A stretch of 64,000 bases of DNA from an uncultured delta proteobacterium (lineage in GTDB: Bacteria; Desulfobacterota; Binatia; UBA9968): assembly GCA_963737905.1 (NCBI GenBank), contig CAVTUQ010000014.1, positions 32,001 through 96,000 of the forward strand. The letters run 5' to 3'. Positions 51,083 to 63,341 of the stretch are shown here, in pieces. The notes beneath the pieces were generated by a model. It was not told where the DNA came from. It did no database searches and saw nothing but the letters and a program-made list of their open reading frames with translations. Positions within the stretch are counted from its first letter, which is position 1, and each line of letters begins with the position of its first letter. The translations under genes and the position numbers were made by a program.

Positions 51083-51751
51083 TCAGCGAATTAAGCTTGC
51101 GAGCCGTTCCCAACGCACCCAACGGTCGCCCCCATCCCAGGACCAATAGATCAAGAACGCTTTCCCTCTGACGTCGTCTAGATTCACATATCCCCAGAAA
51201 CGGCTGTCGTAGCTGCGATCGCGATTGTCACCCATGACGAAGAGGTGATTTTCCGGCACTTTCGTGGGACCGTAATCGTCCCGACTGGCCGGCAAAATGT
51301 TTTGCGGGTCGTCGCCTTCGAAATGGGCATGAGGATCCTCTACCTGCTGGCCGTTGATGTAGATTTTCTTGCCGCGGACTTCCACCGTATCTCCGGCAAC
51401 ACCGACCACCCGCTTGATAAAATCCTTCGAACGATCCTCCGGAAAGATAAACACAATCACATCGCCCCTTTGGACCTTTCCGAAATCCACAAGATAATGG
51501 CCCCAGAGCGGAACGCGTATGCCATAAGCCAATTTGTTTACCAAGATGTGATCGCCAATCTGCAGTGTCGGGATCATCGAGCCGGACGGTATCTTGAACG
51601 CCTGAACAATAAAGGTCCGTATGAACAGCGCCAACAGTAAAGCCATACCGATGGCTTCCACGTATTCGCGGAACGTGGACTTGGTTTTCACAGTCTCTTG
51701 GGTTTCCATGTGAGATCGTTCCTTCGCCTTTGTCGCTTTATCGATGGACAT
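51083..51751 (-). CDS. lepB: Signal peptidase I
   Basis: IPSGSMIPTL, FIKRVVG and MGDNRDRSYDSRFWG. Confidence 0.96.
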   Translation of the reverse strand: MSIDKATKAKERSHMETQETVKTKSTFREYVEAIGMALLLALFIRTFIVQAFKIPSGSMIPTLQIGDHILVNKLAYGIRVPLWGHYLVDFGKVQRGDVIVFIFPEDRSKDFIKRVVGVAGDTVEVRGKKIYINGQQVEDPHAHFEGDDPQNILPASRDDYGPTKVPENHLFVMGDNRDRSYDSRFWGYVNLDDVRGKAFLIYWSWDGGDRWVRWERLASLIR

Positions 51752-51764
51752 GAATCACCCCGGT

Positions 51765-53558
51765 TTAGACTTTCAAAGCGGCGAGGAACGCCTCTTGCGG
51801 AATCTCTACTTTGCCGACTTGTTTCATTCGTTTCTTACCTTCTTTCTGTCGCTCCAGCAGTTTGCGCTTGCGCGTAATATCGCCGCCATAGCATTTGGCC
51901 GTGACGTTTTTTCTTAGCGGCTTCACCGACTCGCGCGCAATAATCCGGCTGCCAATGGCCGCTTGAATGACGACTTCGAAAAGTTGCCGGGGTATCAATT
52001 CCCGCATGCGCTGGACCAATTCCCGTCCTCTATAATAGGCTTTGTCCCGGTGAACGATCATCGACATCGCATCGACCAGGTCGCCATTGATGCGCACATC
52101 CAGCTTCACCAGCTCGGCGGGACGATAGCCCGCCAATTCATAATCCATGGAAGCGTACCCGCGGCTAACCGATTTCAATCGATCGTAAAAGTCGACAACG
52201 ATTTCGTTCAGCGGCAACTCGTAGACCAGCAGGACTCGCTTGGGCCCAAGGTAACGAATCTCCTTTTGCGTACCCCGCTTCTCCTCGCAGATACCGAGCA
52301 CGCCGCCGAGAAACTCCTGTGGTAAATGGATGGTCGCTTGAATCACCGGCTCCTCGATCCGCTCCATATCTGATTCTGACGGGAGCTTGACCGGATTGTC
52401 AATAAGCAGGGTGTTTCCCGTCCTGGTGATGACGCGATAAACCACAGTGGCGGCGGTCGTTATAAGACTCAACCCAAACTCACGCTCCAACCGTTCGCGG
52501 ATAATATCCATGTGCAGCAGGCCCAGAAATCCACAGCGGAAACCAAACCCTAAAGCCTGGGAGGTTTCGGGTTCAAAGGTAAAAGACGAATCGTTGAGCC
52601 GCAGTTTGTCTAACGCATCACGCAGGCCCTGGTACTGATTGGCGTCCGTCGGATAGAGACCGCTGAACACCATGGGTTTCATGGGCTTGAATCCGGGAAG
52701 CGGCTCGCTGGCAGGGCGCTCGTCGGCAGTGATGGTATCTCCGACAGATGTTTCCCCGACTTCCTTGATGCCGGCCATAAGAAACCCTACCTCGCCGGCC
52801 TTCATTTCCGCCACTTCGACGGGTCCCGGGGCGTAGATGCCGACGCGCGTTACCTCAAAGACTCTCCCACTGGACATCATGCGGATCTTCATCCCTTTTT
52901 GAACCTTGCCGTCGAAGATCCGCATCATCACGACGGCGCCATGATAAGGATCAAACCAACTATCGATGATCAAGGCTCGCAACGGCGCATCCGCGCTACC
53001 CTGTGGCGGCGGAAATTGCTTGATGATGCCCTCGAGAATGTCCTCGGTCCCGATCCCTTCTTTGGCGCTGGCCAAGATCGAGCTGGAGGCATCGATTCCG
53101 ATCACATCCTCGATCTCTTTTATGACCCGCTGCGGATCGGCGCTCGGTAGGTCGATCTTGTTGATCACCGGAAGAATCTCCAAATTGTGATCGAGAGCCA
53201 TATGGACGTTCGCCACCGTCTGCGCCTCGACTCCCTGTGCGGCATCGACCACAAGCAAGGCTCCCTCGCAGGCCCCGAGACTCCTAGATACTTCATAGGT
53301 GAAATCGACATGCCCGGGGGTGTCGATCAAGTTCAGCTTGTATTCTCTGCCGTCTTTGGCCCGGTAACGCAGACAGACCGGACTGGCCTTGATCGTGATC
53401 CCCCGCTCTCGCTCAAGATCCATGCTGTCAAGGATCTGATCGGTCTTCTCCCGTTCGCTCACCGCCCCGGTAAATTCCAGTAACCGATCCGCGAGGGTGG
53501 ATTTGCCGTGATCAATGTGAGCAATGATGGAAAAATTGCGGATATGGTCCAGATTCAT
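51765..53558 (-). CDS. lepA: Elongation factor 4
   Basis: [28 protein letters not shown] and [18 protein letters not shown] overlap with the upstream gene. Confidence 0.98.
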   Translation of the reverse strand: MNLDHIRNFSIIAHIDHGKSTLADRLLEFTGAVSEREKTDQILDSMDLERERGITIKASPVCLRYRAKDGREYKLNLIDTPGHVDFTYEVSRSLGACEGALLVVDAAQGVEAQTVANVHMALDHNLEILPVINKIDLPSADPQRVIKEIEDVIGIDASSSILASAKEGIGTEDILEGIIKQFPPPQGSADAPLRALIIDSWFDPYHGAVVMMRIFDGKVQKGMKIRMMSSGRVFEVTRVGIYAPGPVEVAEMKAGEVGFLMAGIKEVGETSVGDTITADERPASEPLPGFKPMKPMVFSGLYPTDANQYQGLRDALDKLRLNDSSFTFEPETSQALGFGFRCGFLGLLHMDIIRERLEREFGLSLITTAATVVYRVITRTGNTLLIDNPVKLPSESDMERIEEPVIQATIHLPQEFLGGVLGICEEKRGTQKEIRYLGPKRVLLVYELPLNEIVVDFYDRLKSVSRGYASMDYELAGYRPAELVKLDVRINGDLVDAMSMIVHRDKAYYRGRELVQRMRELIPRQLFEVVIQAAIGSRIIARESVKPLRKNVTAKCYGGDITRKRKLLERQKEGKKRMKQVGKVEIPQEAFLAALKV

Positions 53559-54481
53559 GACGGACCGGCCTTTTGATAGTAGGCAAGGGTCTGGCGTAAC
53601 CCCTCTTTCAGGTCGACTTCCGGTCTCCATCCCAACACGTTTTGCGCCAGCGACGTTGCCAAGCAGCTCCGCCGCTGTTCACCCAATTTGGCCGGACCAT
53701 GAATCGCCGCCACTGGCGACCCCACGCCATCCCGCAGGAGCTCACAGATTGTCACGACATCCGTTTCTTTGCCGGTGCCGATGTTCACGGCGCCGACATA
53801 GCGGGTATCGAGGGCCGCGATATTGGCTCTTACGACATCGCCAACAAAAACATAGTCGCGAGTTTGCTTCCCGTCGCCGTTGATCACGGGACTTTTGCCG
53901 GAAAGAAGCTGCGAGATAAATATCGCAACGACGCCAGCTTCGCCCTGGGTCGACTGCCGCGGTCCATACACATTCGCGTAGCGAAGCGCGACGTAAGGCA
54001 AACCGAACGCCATGTGATAGTAGCCGAGATAAAGCTCGCCTGTGAGTTTGCTGACTCCGTAGGGACTGAGGGGCAGGGTCTCATGCTCCTCAGCGGCCGG
54101 TATCGGCTCGCGGTCCCCATACACGGCACCGCCCGAGGATGAAAAAATGATCTTTTTCACGCCCCCATCTTTAGCGGCTTCAAGCAAATGGATGAAGCCG
54201 ATGATATTGATACGCGCGTCGAAGCTCGGATCCGCCACCGAACGGCGGACATCCATCTGCGCCGCATGGTGGTTCAAAACATCCGGCTTGATTTCCGCAA
54301 CCAACTGGGTCGCTTTGGGATCCGCGATATCGACAGTGTAAATTTTGGCGCCGGGATTCAGGTTTCTCTTTTGTCCGGTGGACAGGTCATCAATAATATA
54401 TACCTCGTGGCCACGTTGAATGTAAGCGTCGACGATATGGGATGCGATGAAACCCGCCCCGCCCGTCACCACAATTTTCAT
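53555..54481 (-). CDS. NAD-dependent nucleotide-sugar 4-epimerase (GalE-like)
   Basis: [23 protein letters not shown] and [10 protein letters not shown]. Confidence 0.88.
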   Translation of the reverse strand: MKIVVTGGAGFIASHIVDAYIQRGHEVYIIDDLSTGQKRNLNPGAKIYTVDIADPKATQLVAEIKPDVLNHHAAQMDVRRSVADPSFDARINIIGFIHLLEAAKDGGVKKIIFSSSGGAVYGDREPIPAAEEHETLPLSPYGVSKLTGELYLGYYHMAFGLPYVALRYANVYGPRQSTQGEAGVVAIFISQLLSGKSPVINGDGKQTRDYVFVGDVVRANIAALDTRYVGAVNIGTGKETDVVTICELLRDGVGSPVAAIHGPAKLGEQRRSCLATSLAQNVLGWRPEVDLKEGLRQTLAYYQKAGPS

Positions 54482-55425
54482 ACTTTCTGCTCCTTCAGGC
54501 GCACGCTAAAATATTCGATGGTTTTGGCCAGCCCTTCGTCGAGCGAAACTTTGGGCTCCCAATTTAATACTCTCTTGGCCTTGGAGATGTCCGGCTGACG
54601 CACCTGGGGATCGTCCTGTGGCAGCGGCCTGTATTCGATGGAGCTCTTTGAACCGGTGAGCTCGAGGATTTTCTGGGCGAACTGGAGGACGGTCATTTCG
54701 TGCGGATTGCCGATATTAACCGGCAGATGCTCCTCCGATTCCAGAAGCCGATGGATCCCCCTGACCAGATCATCCACGTATTGAAAGCTTCGCGTCTGCT
54801 CCCCTTGCCCGTATACCGTGAGCGGTTCGCCTTTGAGCGCTTGCGTGATGAAATTCGGCACGACCCGCCCGTCCTGCATGCGCATGCGCGGCCCGTAGGT
54901 ATTAAAAATACGCACGATGCGCGTGTCCAAACCGTGATAGCGATGGTAGGCCATCGTGATCGCCTCGGCGAATCGTTTGGCTTCGTCGTAAACCCCTCGC
55001 GGGCCCACCGGGTTGACGTTCCCCCAATACTCTTCATTTTGCGGGCGCACTAAAGGATCCCCATAGACCTCGGACGTCGAGGCGAGGAGAAACACGGCCT
55101 TTTTGGCTCTCGCCAGGCCCAGGGCGTTGTGCGTGCCGAGAGACCCAACCTTCAGCGTCGGTATCGGTAGTTCGAGATAATCGACCGGGCTCGCCGGCGA
55201 CGCAAAATGAAGGACAGAGTTCAGGGGGCCGCCGATATCGATAAACCGAGTGACATTATGATCGAGGAATCGAAACCGCGGATTTGACACAAGGCCGGAG
55301 ATGTTTTCCTGAGCCCCGGTAGAGTAGTTATCTATGCAGATGACTTCGTGCCCTTGCTTGAGAAAACTTTCGCAGAGATGAGAACCGATAAAGCCGGCGC
55401 CTCCGGTGATCAAAACCCTAGCCAT
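54478..55425 (-). CDS. UDP-glucuronate decarboxylase (UDP-xylose synthase-like)
   Basis: [38 protein letters not shown] and YDEAKR. Confidence 0.85.
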   Translation of the reverse strand: MARVLITGGAGFIGSHLCESFLKQGHEVICIDNYSTGAQENISGLVSNPRFRFLDHNVTRFIDIGGPLNSVLHFASPASPVDYLELPIPTLKVGSLGTHNALGLARAKKAVFLLASTSEVYGDPLVRPQNEEYWGNVNPVGPRGVYDEAKRFAEAITMAYHRYHGLDTRIVRIFNTYGPRMRMQDGRVVPNFITQALKGEPLTVYGQGEQTRSFQYVDDLVRGIHRLLESEEHLPVNIGNPHEMTVLQFAQKILELTGSKSSIEYRPLPQDDPQVRQPDISKAKRVLNWEPKVSLDEGLAKTIEYFSVRLKEQKV

Positions 55426-56722
55426 CGCTTCTTCCTATGGAATAATAGTGGAATCCGAGTTTTCGAATATCCGCCGGGTCGTAAAGGTTACGGCCGTCAA
55501 AGATAACCGGGCTCGCGAGCAATCGCTTGATCCGCATAAAGTCAGGTCGACGGAATTCATTCCATTCGGTCAGAACCAACAGCGCCGCGGCGCCGGGCAA
55601 CGCCTCATAGTTCCGGTGAGTGTATTGTATGCGCTCGCCAAAAATTTTCTTAGCCTCGCCGTTGGCTTCCGGATCAAAGGCTTGGACTTTGGCTCCAGCT
55701 CTCAACAGCGATTGGATAACCGTGATCGACGGCGCATCTCTCATGTCATCGGTGCGCGGCTTGAACGCCAGTCCCCAAACCGCAAACGTCAAGCCGGCGA
55801 GATCAGCGCCGAAATGGCGCGTCACTTTTTCGATTAAAATTCCCTTTTGTCGCTCGTTTACTTCCTCCACAGCTTTGAGGAGCACCATCTCCGGCTCATT
55901 GCCGCCCATGCTGATCATAGCGCGGATGTCTTTAGGGAAACAGGAGCCTCCGTAGCCAACACCGGGAAAAATAAAATGCGGGCCGATGCGACGATCCAGA
56001 GCGATGGCCCTTCGGACCTCGCCCACGTCCGCGCCTCTCGTCTCGCATAACCGCGAGATCTCGTTAATAAAGGATATTTTCGTAGCCAGCATCGCGTTCG
56101 CCGCATACTTGCTCATCTCCGCGCTCCGGCTATCCATGACGAGGATGGGGTTACCGGTCCGGAGGAAGGGTTCGTAAAGCTCCTTAACGGCTGCGAGAGC
56201 TTCAGCATGATCGCCCCCCAACACCACCCGGTCCGGTTTCATGAAGTCCTCCACCGCCGCCCCCTCCTTGAGAAACTCGGGATTGGAAATAATCGCAAAC
56301 GGGTGTGATGTTTCCTCCGCCGCCCACTGCCGAATCCGATCCGCCGTTCCCACCGGCACGGTGCTTTTCGTTACAAAAATTCTGAAGCCGTCCATCGCTT
56401 TGGCGATGCCTTTGGCTGTCGCCCGCACATGGTCGAGATTGGCATCACCATTGGGGCCTTGGGGAGTTCCCACGGCTATGAATATGATGCTAGCCTTCTT
56501 CACCGCCCCATCGAGATCCGTCGTGAACGATAATCGTTGTTCCGCGGCGTTGCGCCGGACCATTTCTTCCAAGCCCGGCTCGTAGATCGGAACCTGCCCT
56601 GCATTCAACATCGCGATTTTCTGCTCATCGATGTCGACGCAGGTAACGTCGTTGCCGCTCTCAGCGAAGCAGGTGCCGGCGACCAATCCCACATAACCCG
56701 TACCGACCACGGCAAGATTCAT
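55418..56722 (-). CDS. ugd: UDP-glucose 6-dehydrogenase
   Basis: [23 protein letters not shown] and [10 protein letters not shown]. Confidence 0.95.
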   Translation of the reverse strand: MNLAVVGTGYVGLVAGTCFAESGNDVTCVDIDEQKIAMLNAGQVPIYEPGLEEMVRRNAAEQRLSFTTDLDGAVKKASIIFIAVGTPQGPNGDANLDHVRATAKGIAKAMDGFRIFVTKSTVPVGTADRIRQWAAEETSHPFAIISNPEFLKEGAAVEDFMKPDRVVLGGDHAEALAAVKELYEPFLRTGNPILVMDSRSAEMSKYAANAMLATKISFINEISRLCETRGADVGEVRRAIALDRRIGPHFIFPGVGYGGSCFPKDIRAMISMGGNEPEMVLLKAVEEVNERQKGILIEKVTRHFGADLAGLTFAVWGLAFKPRTDDMRDAPSITVIQSLLRAGAKVQAFDPEANGEAKKIFGERIQYTHRNYEALPGAAALLVLTEWNEFRRPDFMRIKRLLASPVIFDGRNLYDPADIRKLGFHYYSIGRSDG

Positions 56723-57672
56723 GCGCACTTCCTTTCACCCAGGTGCTCCCCGACCACGAAGACGGCTTTATCTTGAGATTCGTGATAGGTCCGCGACAGC
56801 ATCTCACCCAATAACCCCATGGTAATGAACTGAAAGCCGATAAAGATCAATAGAATCGCCAACAGCAAAAGGGGTCTGCCGCCGATAGTCTCATGGTGCA
56901 CAAATTTTTGAAATGTAAGATACACCGCGATCAAAAATCCCAGACCCCCGCTACTGAGACCCAACACGCCGAACACGTGGGACGGCCGGGTGGAGTAACT
57001 GATCAAAAACTTGACGGTTAAAAGATCGAGAACCACCCGCAAGGTCCTGGCGATGCTGTATTTCGAGGTTCCGTGCAGCCGCGGACGGTGATTGACTTGA
57101 AGCTCGGCGACCCGGGCGCCGCGCTCATAAGCAATGGCCGGAATAAAACGATGCATTTCGCCATAGAGCTTCAAGTCCCTGGCGACCTCGCGGCGCATCG
57201 CCTTCAGTGTACACCCGTAGTCGTGCAATTTAACCTGTGTCGTCCAGGAGATGAGCCGGTTGGCGATCAAAGAAGGCAAGCGTCGATGCAAAAACGGATC
57301 TTGCCGGTTGGAGCGCCAGCCGCACACGAGATCGTTGCCCTTTTTCAATTCCCCCAGCAAAGCGGGTATATCTTTCGGATCATTCTGCAGGTCCCCGTCC
57401 ATGAGAACAACCACGTCACCGCCAGCGTACGTAAGACCCGCTGCGATCGCGGCTGTCTGGCCAAAATTGCGCTTGAGCCGCACCACCCGGAGACAGGACT
57501 CCCGCTGGTGCAGACGAGCGAGCACGAAAAACGTAGCGTCGCGGCTGCCGTCATCGACCACGACGATTTCGTATGGCTGCTCGAGGGGCCTTACCACCGC
57601 GTTGATCTCTTGAATCAACGGCTCGACATTCTCCTCCTCATTATAAACCGGAATAACGATGGAAAGCTCCAT
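56719..57672 (-). CDS. GT2 polyprenyl-phosphate glycosyltransferase (ArnC/GtrB-like)
   Basis: IPVYNE, VDDGS, RNFGQ and DGDLQ, with two C-terminal TM helices. Confidence 0.9.
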   Translation of the reverse strand: MELSIVIPVYNEEENVEPLIQEINAVVRPLEQPYEIVVVDDGSRDATFFVLARLHQRESCLRVVRLKRNFGQTAAIAAGLTYAGGDVVVLMDGDLQNDPKDIPALLGELKKGNDLVCGWRSNRQDPFLHRRLPSLIANRLISWTTQVKLHDYGCTLKAMRREVARDLKLYGEMHRFIPAIAYERGARVAELQVNHRPRLHGTSKYSIARTLRVVLDLLTVKFLISYSTRPSHVFGVLGLSSGGLGFLIAVYLTFQKFVHHETIGGRPLLLLAILLIFIGFQFITMGLLGEMLSRTYHESQDKAVFVVGEHLGERKCA

Positions 57673-57676
57673 GAGG

Positions 57677-58583
57677 TCAGGTATGAAAATCGGTCAACTG
57701 GGTAAAACTCTTATAACGCTCTTCAATATCGTGGATCGATACGTTAGTCAGCCGCTTGACCCCGAAGTCTTCCACGGTAAACGAGGCGACCACGGAGCCG
57801 TACACAATAGCGCGACGGATGCTTTGCTGACTGTGATCGCCGGACCGCGCTAGCTGGCCCATGAATCCACCCGCAAACGAGTCCCCCGCGCCCGTCGGAT
57901 CGAAGACTTCTTCGAGGGGATAGGCCGGTGTGGCAAAGATCGATGAATCGGAAAACTGCAGCACGCCGTATTCCCCGCGCTTGATCAGCACCACTTTGGG
58001 GCCCATTTTTAGAATCGCCCGGGCGGCTCGAACGATATTGCTGTGAGCCGCTGAGGAGCCGCGCTTCTGAATCATTGATCACCAGCATCTCGACCCGTTT
58101 GAACACCTTTCTGAGATCTTCGGCGCTCCCTTGAATCCAATGGTCCATGGTGTCACAAACCACCAGCTTCACGCGCCGGATCTGATTCAACACCTCGAGC
58201 TGCATGACCGGATCGATATTGCCGAGAAAGACGTATTCCGCGTCCCGATAGCGCTCCGGCAGCCGTGGCACAAATCCGGCCAAGACATTCAGGTGCAGCT
58301 CCACTGTGTCTCGAACGTTGATGTCCTCGTGGTAGCGACCCCGCCAATGAAAGGTATCGCCCTTTTCGCGGCGGATCCCTTCGAGATCGATCTGTCGCTG
58401 GCGGAACAATTCCAGGTATTCCTCGGGAAAATCTTGCCCGATCACCCCGACAATCCGCACCGAAGAAAAAAGACTCGCGGCGAGGGCGAAATAGGAAGCG
58501 GAGCCGCCGAGAATGCGCTCTGCGGATCCGAAGGGTGTTTCAATAGAATCAAACGCTACCGTACCGACGACCAAAACACTCAT
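57677..58583 (-). CDS. PfkB family carbohydrate/nucleoside kinase (frameshift near 58045)
   Basis: MSVLVVGTVAFD..GGSA and INDSEA in ORF 57744..59441; DPTGAGDSFAGG in ORF 57677..58075. Confidence 0.87.
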
Positions 58584-59441
58584 AGGTATTTCCCAATGAT
58601 CGGCCGCGAGATCCAAGCGTGTCTTCTTTGGAATGCGGGACCTTTCTGTAATGATAGCATCCTTCAGTGACGACCTACAGCCGCAGGAACGCGAGTCCGT
58701 TAACCAAGTCAGGGCTCGCCGAATGATTCTCTGGGCAAGCTCGACATTTTGCCGAAGCACCGCGAGAACGGTTTCAATCTCGACGTCCCCGGCCGTCTGA
58801 TTCCAACAGTCATAGTCCGTGGCTAAGGCCAAAGTGCCAAAGCAAATTTCCGCTTCCCGTGCCAGTTTCGCCTCCTGCAAATTCGTCATCCCGATCACAT
58901 CCGCGCCCCAGCTGCGATAGAGACGAGACTCCGCCCGCGTTGAAAACTGTGGCCCTTCCATACAAAGGTACGTGCCCCGCGGGTGAACTCTGCCGCCTTC
59001 GGAAGTCGCGGAGGCGGCAAGCTTTTCTGCAAGATCCTTGCAAAATGGATCGGCCAGGCTCACATGCGCGACGATGCCTTTGCCAAAAAAAGTGCTGGCC
59101 CGCTGGGTAGTTCGGTCGATGAACTGATCTGGAATCACGATATCACCGGGCGCAATCCCCTCCTGTAAACTTCCAACCGCGCTTACCGAGACGATTCGAT
59201 CGACCCCCAGTTTCTTCATGGCAAAGATATTGGCGCGAAAGTTGATCTCCGTAGGCAACCAACGATGGCCCTTTCCGTGGCGGGGCAGGAAAACTAACGC
59301 CGTGTCCCCGAGGGTGCCCTGGATGAACTTTTCCGACGGTTTTCCGAACGGGGTTTTGATCTCGACCTCGCGGATCCTTTTGAGTCCTTCCATCCGGTAA
59401 AGGCCGCTACCCCCGATGACGCCGACGATCGACTTCCCCAT
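58580..59441 (-). CDS. mtnP: S-methyl-5'-thioadenosine phosphorylase
   Basis: GVIGGSG, FLPRHG, EGPQFSTRAES, GMT and TDYDCW. Removing one base near 58605 gives ...LAPIIGKYL* with an ATGA overlap onto pfkB. Confidence 0.92.
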
Positions 59442-59696
59442 GGCTTGCTATCCCGAATTATTCACTGGCAAGCAACGATCAAGGGATGAGCCCTCCGGAT
59501 CGAAGGCAATGGGCCTATACCTTGAGGTGGCCTGCAAACGTAAAGTCGCGAGCAGATACCCGGTAAACAATTCGAGCGCACCGCCAAGCACCATAAACGT
59601 CATGGAAGCTTTTCATCTCTGTGCCTTCGCTCCTCCAAGCTCATCCCCTTGATCGGCACTGTGTCGTGGGTTCGCCTCCGCACATGAATATCCGGG

Positions 59697-60767
59697 CTAT
59701 CGTACCGCCACCGCCAGCGAAGTTTGCCGTTGTCTACGCTGATGCTCTTCGCCTTGGAGTTGCCCGCAGGCTGCCTGGATATCGTCTCCCCTGGGGCGGC
59801 GAACATTGATCTGTAAGCCGTGAGCATGGAGGACCTGCTGGAACTTTTCGACCTCGACATCGTCAGGTCGCCGATAGAGACTACCGGGATGCGGGTTAAA
59901 GGGGATAACATTGACCTTGCAGCGAATACCGTGCAGAAGTTGGCAAAGCGCTTTCGCATCGTCCATAGAATCGTTGATCTCGCGGAGCAGGACATACTCG
60001 AAAGTAATCCGCTTCCGCCGCGGAATCGGCAGCGCGCGGCAGCAGTCCATCAGTTGCTTGAGCGAATACTTGCGATTGACCGGCATCAGCTGACCGCGCA
60101 GCTCATCCGTAGGCGCATGCAGAGAAATCGCCAGGTTGACCCTGGTTTCCTCCATCAGCCTTTGAATCTGCGGCACCAAGCCCACCGTCGAGAGTGTGAT
60201 TCTTCGTGGAGAAAGACCGACCCCCCAGCTCGTATCGGTCATCACGTCGAGGGCCTTGACGGTCTCAGCATAGTTCGCCAGGGGCTCCCCCATTCCCATG
60301 AGCACCACGTGCGTAATTCTTTGTTCATCAACTAACGATCGGCCGGCCTCCAGTATCTGGTCGAGAATTTCACTGGCCCGCAAGTTTCGCTTTAAGCCTA
60401 AAAGCGCCGTGGCGCAAAAGGCGCATCCAAATCCACATCCAACCTGCGTCGAAGCACATAGCGTCAGCCGCTTCACCTCCGGTATCAAGACGCTTTCGAT
60501 GCTGTGATCATCCGATAAACCAAAGAGAAATTTTCTGGTTCCATCCTTAGAAATCGCTTCCCGCAAAATCCTTAACCGGCTGATCGTAAAATCCTCAGCC
60601 AAGCGAGCACGCAACGCGGCCGAGAGATTCGTCATCTCTGCGAAGGTCGCCGCGCGCTTTTGAAACAGCCACTGCCAGACTTGTTTAGCGCGATACGAGG
60701 GTTCTCTATGCTGGAGGAGATGCGCCTCGAGCTCCTTGAGGGTCAGTTCTTTAATGTTGGGCTTCAA
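59697..60767 (-). CDS. rlmN: Dual-specificity RNA methyltransferase RlmN (radical SAM)
   Basis: CASTQVGCGFGCAFC, MGMGEP, SLHA and DIQAACGQL. Confidence 0.96.
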   Translation of the reverse strand: MKPNIKELTLKELEAHLLQHREPSYRAKQVWQWLFQKRAATFAEMTNLSAALRARLAEDFTISRLRILREAISKDGTRKFLFGLSDDHSIESVLIPEVKRLTLCASTQVGCGFGCAFCATALLGLKRNLRASEILDQILEAGRSLVDEQRITHVVLMGMGEPLANYAETVKALDVMTDTSWGVGLSPRRITLSTVGLVPQIQRLMEETRVNLAISLHAPTDELRGQLMPVNRKYSLKQLMDCCRALPIPRRKRITFEYVLLREINDSMDDAKALCQLLHGIRCKVNVIPFNPHPGSLYRRPDDVEVEKFQQVLHAHGLQINVRRPRGDDIQAACGQLQGEEHQRRQRQTSLAVAVR

Positions 60768-60797
60768 GCTCCATCCTCTCGCGAGCCCGTCCTCGAG

Positions 60798-61229
60798 TCA
60801 ATTTGAGGATCGAAAGACCTCGTCGGATCTAAAAAAGAAGGCTATTTCGGCGGCAGCAGTATCGGGTCCGTCGGAGCCATGCACGGCGTTTTGTTCGACG
60901 TCTTTACCCCAGTCTTTACGAATGGTTCCCGGCGCCGCTTTGGCCGGGTCCGTGGCGCCCATGATTTCCCGGTTCCTGGCAATCGCTCCTTCACCTTCGA
61001 GCACGGAAACGCAAATGGGCCCGGAAGACATGTAGGCGCAAAGGCTCGCAAAAAATGGGCGCTCTTTGTGGACCGCGTAGAAAGCCCGCGCCCGCTCCGG
61101 TGTCAAACGCACCAGCTTGGCGGCCACGATTCTCAAGCCCGCCGATTCAAACCGTTTTAAAACCTCGCCGATCAGACCACGTCCTACCGCGTCGGGTTTG
61201 ATAATAGAAAGAGTCGTCTCCACACTCAT
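60798..61229 (-). CDS. ndk: Nucleoside diphosphate kinase
   Basis: [14 protein letters not shown] and NAVHGSD. Confidence 0.97.
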   Translation of the reverse strand: MSVETTLSIIKPDAVGRGLIGEVLKRFESAGLRIVAAKLVRLTPERARAFYAVHKERPFFASLCAYMSSGPICVSVLEGEGAIARNREIMGATDPAKAAPGTIRKDWGKDVEQNAVHGSDGPDTAAAEIAFFFRSDEVFRSSN

Positions 61230-62101
61230 GATTTTCCCAAAGCCTCCTGCATTGCTTTACCGATTAATGCCGGCGATGAAGCCATTCGGATTCCAGCACT
61301 TTTCATAGCTTCAATTTTCTCTCGGGCGGTTCCCTTGCCGCCGGAAATGATCGCCCCCGCATGGCCCATACGCTTGCCCGGCGGAGCGGTTTGGCCGGCA
61401 ATGAATCCCACCACGGGTTTTTTCATATTGGCCTTGATCCAACCGGCGGCTTCCTCCTCCGCGCTGCCACCGATCTCACCGATCATGACCACCGCCTCAG
61501 TTCCAGAATCGCGATTGAAGAGATCCAAAACATCGACGAATTCGAATCCATGGACTGGATCGCCGCCGATGCCCACGCAGCTTGATTGTCCCATGCCCAG
61601 GCGGGTTAATTGATCCACCGCCTCGTAGGTCAACGTACCGCTCCGCGAAACCACGCCGATCGTACCGGGCCGGTGAATATGACCCGGCATGATGCCGATC
61701 TTACACTCCCCGGGCGTAATGATCCCGGGGCAATTGGGGCCCAAGAGTCGGGAATTTCTTCCTTCGAAATATCGCTTCACCCGGATCATGTCGCGTACCG
61801 GCACTCCTTCCGTAATACAAATAATCAGCGGAATACCCGCGTCCGCTGCTTCCATCATGGCATCCGCGGCGAAGGGTGGCGGGACGTAGATGACGGAAGC
61901 AGTAGCCGCCGTCTCGGCAACGGCACGAGACACCGTATCGAAGATCGGAATTCCTTCGAAAGAGGTGCCCCCTTTGCCGGGCGTCACCCCTGCGACCATT
62001 TGAGTTCCGTATTCTTTGCATGCCCGGGTGTGAAACTGGCCGGTGGCGCCGGTGATCCCTTGGGTCAAGACCCGAGTTTGTTTGTCGACCAAAATCGACA
62101 T
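61226..62101 (-). CDS. sucD: Succinyl-CoA synthetase alpha subunit
   Basis: [20 protein letters not shown] and MGHAGA. Confidence 0.97.
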   Translation of the reverse strand: MSILVDKQTRVLTQGITGATGQFHTRACKEYGTQMVAGVTPGKGGTSFEGIPIFDTVSRAVAETAATASVIYVPPPFAADAMMEAADAGIPLIICITEGVPVRDMIRVKRYFEGRNSRLLGPNCPGIITPGECKIGIMPGHIHRPGTIGVVSRSGTLTYEAVDQLTRLGMGQSSCVGIGGDPVHGFEFVDVLDLFNRDSGTEAVVMIGEIGGSAEEEAAGWIKANMKKPVVGFIAGQTAPPGKRMGHAGAIISGGKGTAREKIEAMKSAGIRMASSPALIGKAMQEALGKS

Positions 62102-62103
62102 AG

Positions 62104-63261
62104 TTACTTCACCGCCTGCACAATTTTTTCAGCGGCCTCGGCCATCGTCTCCGCCGAGATGATGGGAAGAGCCGAATCGGCGAGAATCTTTCTTCCCAAC
62201 TCGACATTCGTACCCTGCATGCGGACCACCAGCGGAACTTTGATGCTCAACTCGCGGGCAGCGTCCACCACCCCTTGCGCAAGCACATCGCAGCGCATGA
62301 TGCCGCCGAAGATATTGATCAAAACGCCGCGCACCCTGGCATCGGAAAGAATAATCTTAAAGGCCTGGGCTACTCTTTCCTTGTTCGCGCCGCCCCCAAC
62401 ATCGAGAAAATTAGCCGGCTCACCGCCACAGTGTTTGATGATATCCATGGTGGCCATGGCCAAACCCGCGCCGTTGACCATGCAGCCGATATTGCCGTCC
62501 AATGAGATGTAAGATAGCTCGTATTTGCTGGCTTCGATCTCCCGGGGATCTTCCTCATTCAGATCACGCAGCGCCAAGATTTCCTTATGCCGGAACAATG
62601 CGTTGCTGTCGAAGCTCATCTTCGCATCCAGCGCCATGACCTGTCCTTCTTGGGTCAAGATCAAAGGGTTAATTTCCGCGATGGAGCAGTCGCAATCGTC
62701 GTAGGCGCGGTATAATGCCTGCATCATCAAAACCAGCTTGCCCACGACTTCCTGAGGAACTCCGAGAGCAAACGCGAGGCGACGGCATTGAAAGGGTTGC
62801 AACCCCACTGTGGGGTCGATGACTTCCTTTAGAATTTTTTCCGGCTGCGTGGCGGCGACCTCTTCTATTTCAACCCCGCCCTCCGATGACGAGATCACCG
62901 TTACGCGAGATTGAGCCCGGTCCAAGACCATGCCCAAGTAAAGCTCACGCTCGATATTGACCCCTTGCTCGACGAGTACCCGCCGGACCTGGCGCCCTTC
63001 GGGTCCCGTCTGGTGCGTCACCAGGTTTTTGCCCAAAATCTCTGACGCCTTCTTTACGGCGTCTTCCGGACTGCTCGCCAGTTTCACACCGCCGGCCTTT
63101 CCACGACCACCGGCATGGATCTGCGCCTTGACGACACAGCGGCCCCCGAGCTCCGCCGCGGCTGTCTTCACCTCTTCCAGCGTCGCTGCGACCTTTCCGA
63201 CGGGCACCGGCACGCCGTATCGTTTCAAAATCTCCTTAGCCTGGTACTCGTGGATGTTCAT
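62104..63261 (-). CDS. sucC: Succinyl-CoA synthetase beta subunit
   Basis: [28 protein letters not shown] and NIFGGI. Confidence 0.97.
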   Translation of the reverse strand: MNIHEYQAKEILKRYGVPVPVGKVAATLEEVKTAAAELGGRCVVKAQIHAGGRGKAGGVKLASSPEDAVKKASEILGKNLVTHQTGPEGRQVRRVLVEQGVNIERELYLGMVLDRAQSRVTVISSSEGGVEIEEVAATQPEKILKEVIDPTVGLQPFQCRRLAFALGVPQEVVGKLVLMMQALYRAYDDCDCSIAEINPLILTQEGQVMALDAKMSFDSNALFRHKEILALRDLNEEDPREIEASKYELSYISLDGNIGCMVNGAGLAMATMDIIKHCGGEPANFLDVGGGANKERVAQAFKIILSDARVRGVLINIFGGIMRCDVLAQGVVDAARELSIKVPLVVRMQGTNVELGRKILADSALPIISAETMAEAAEKIVQAVK

Positions 63262-63282
63262 AACGATCAGTCTGAATAAAAT

Positions 63283-63318
63283 GAGACCCTAAGACTAAGC
63301 GATTAGCCCCAGGGTCTC
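63283..63318 (-). terminator. Hairpin between mdh and sucC (possible weak terminator or stability element)
   Basis: GAGACCCT...AGGGTCTC inverted repeat, followed on the minus strand by ATTTTATT. Confidence 0.4.
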
Positions 63319-63341
63319 CCTATCATTTGCCCAAGAAACCT

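Noticed and set aside
57744-59441. Apparent 565-aa MtnP-PfkB fusion
   Set aside because: Deleting one base near 58605 restores a normal MtnP end (LAPIIGKYL*) overlapping the pfkB ATG, and the PfkB half is itself frameshifted. Most likely an indel artefact.
59442-59696. Small ORF or riboswitch between rlmN and mtnP
   Set aside because: Only a roughly 33-codon ORF without recognisable features, and no SAM/SAH riboswitch consensus was identified by eye.
61610-62512. Long antisense ORFs (for example 300 aa opposite sucCD, 261 aa opposite lhr, 244 aa at 36518)
   Set aside because: Shadow ORFs expected opposite GC-rich genes; they have no family motifs.
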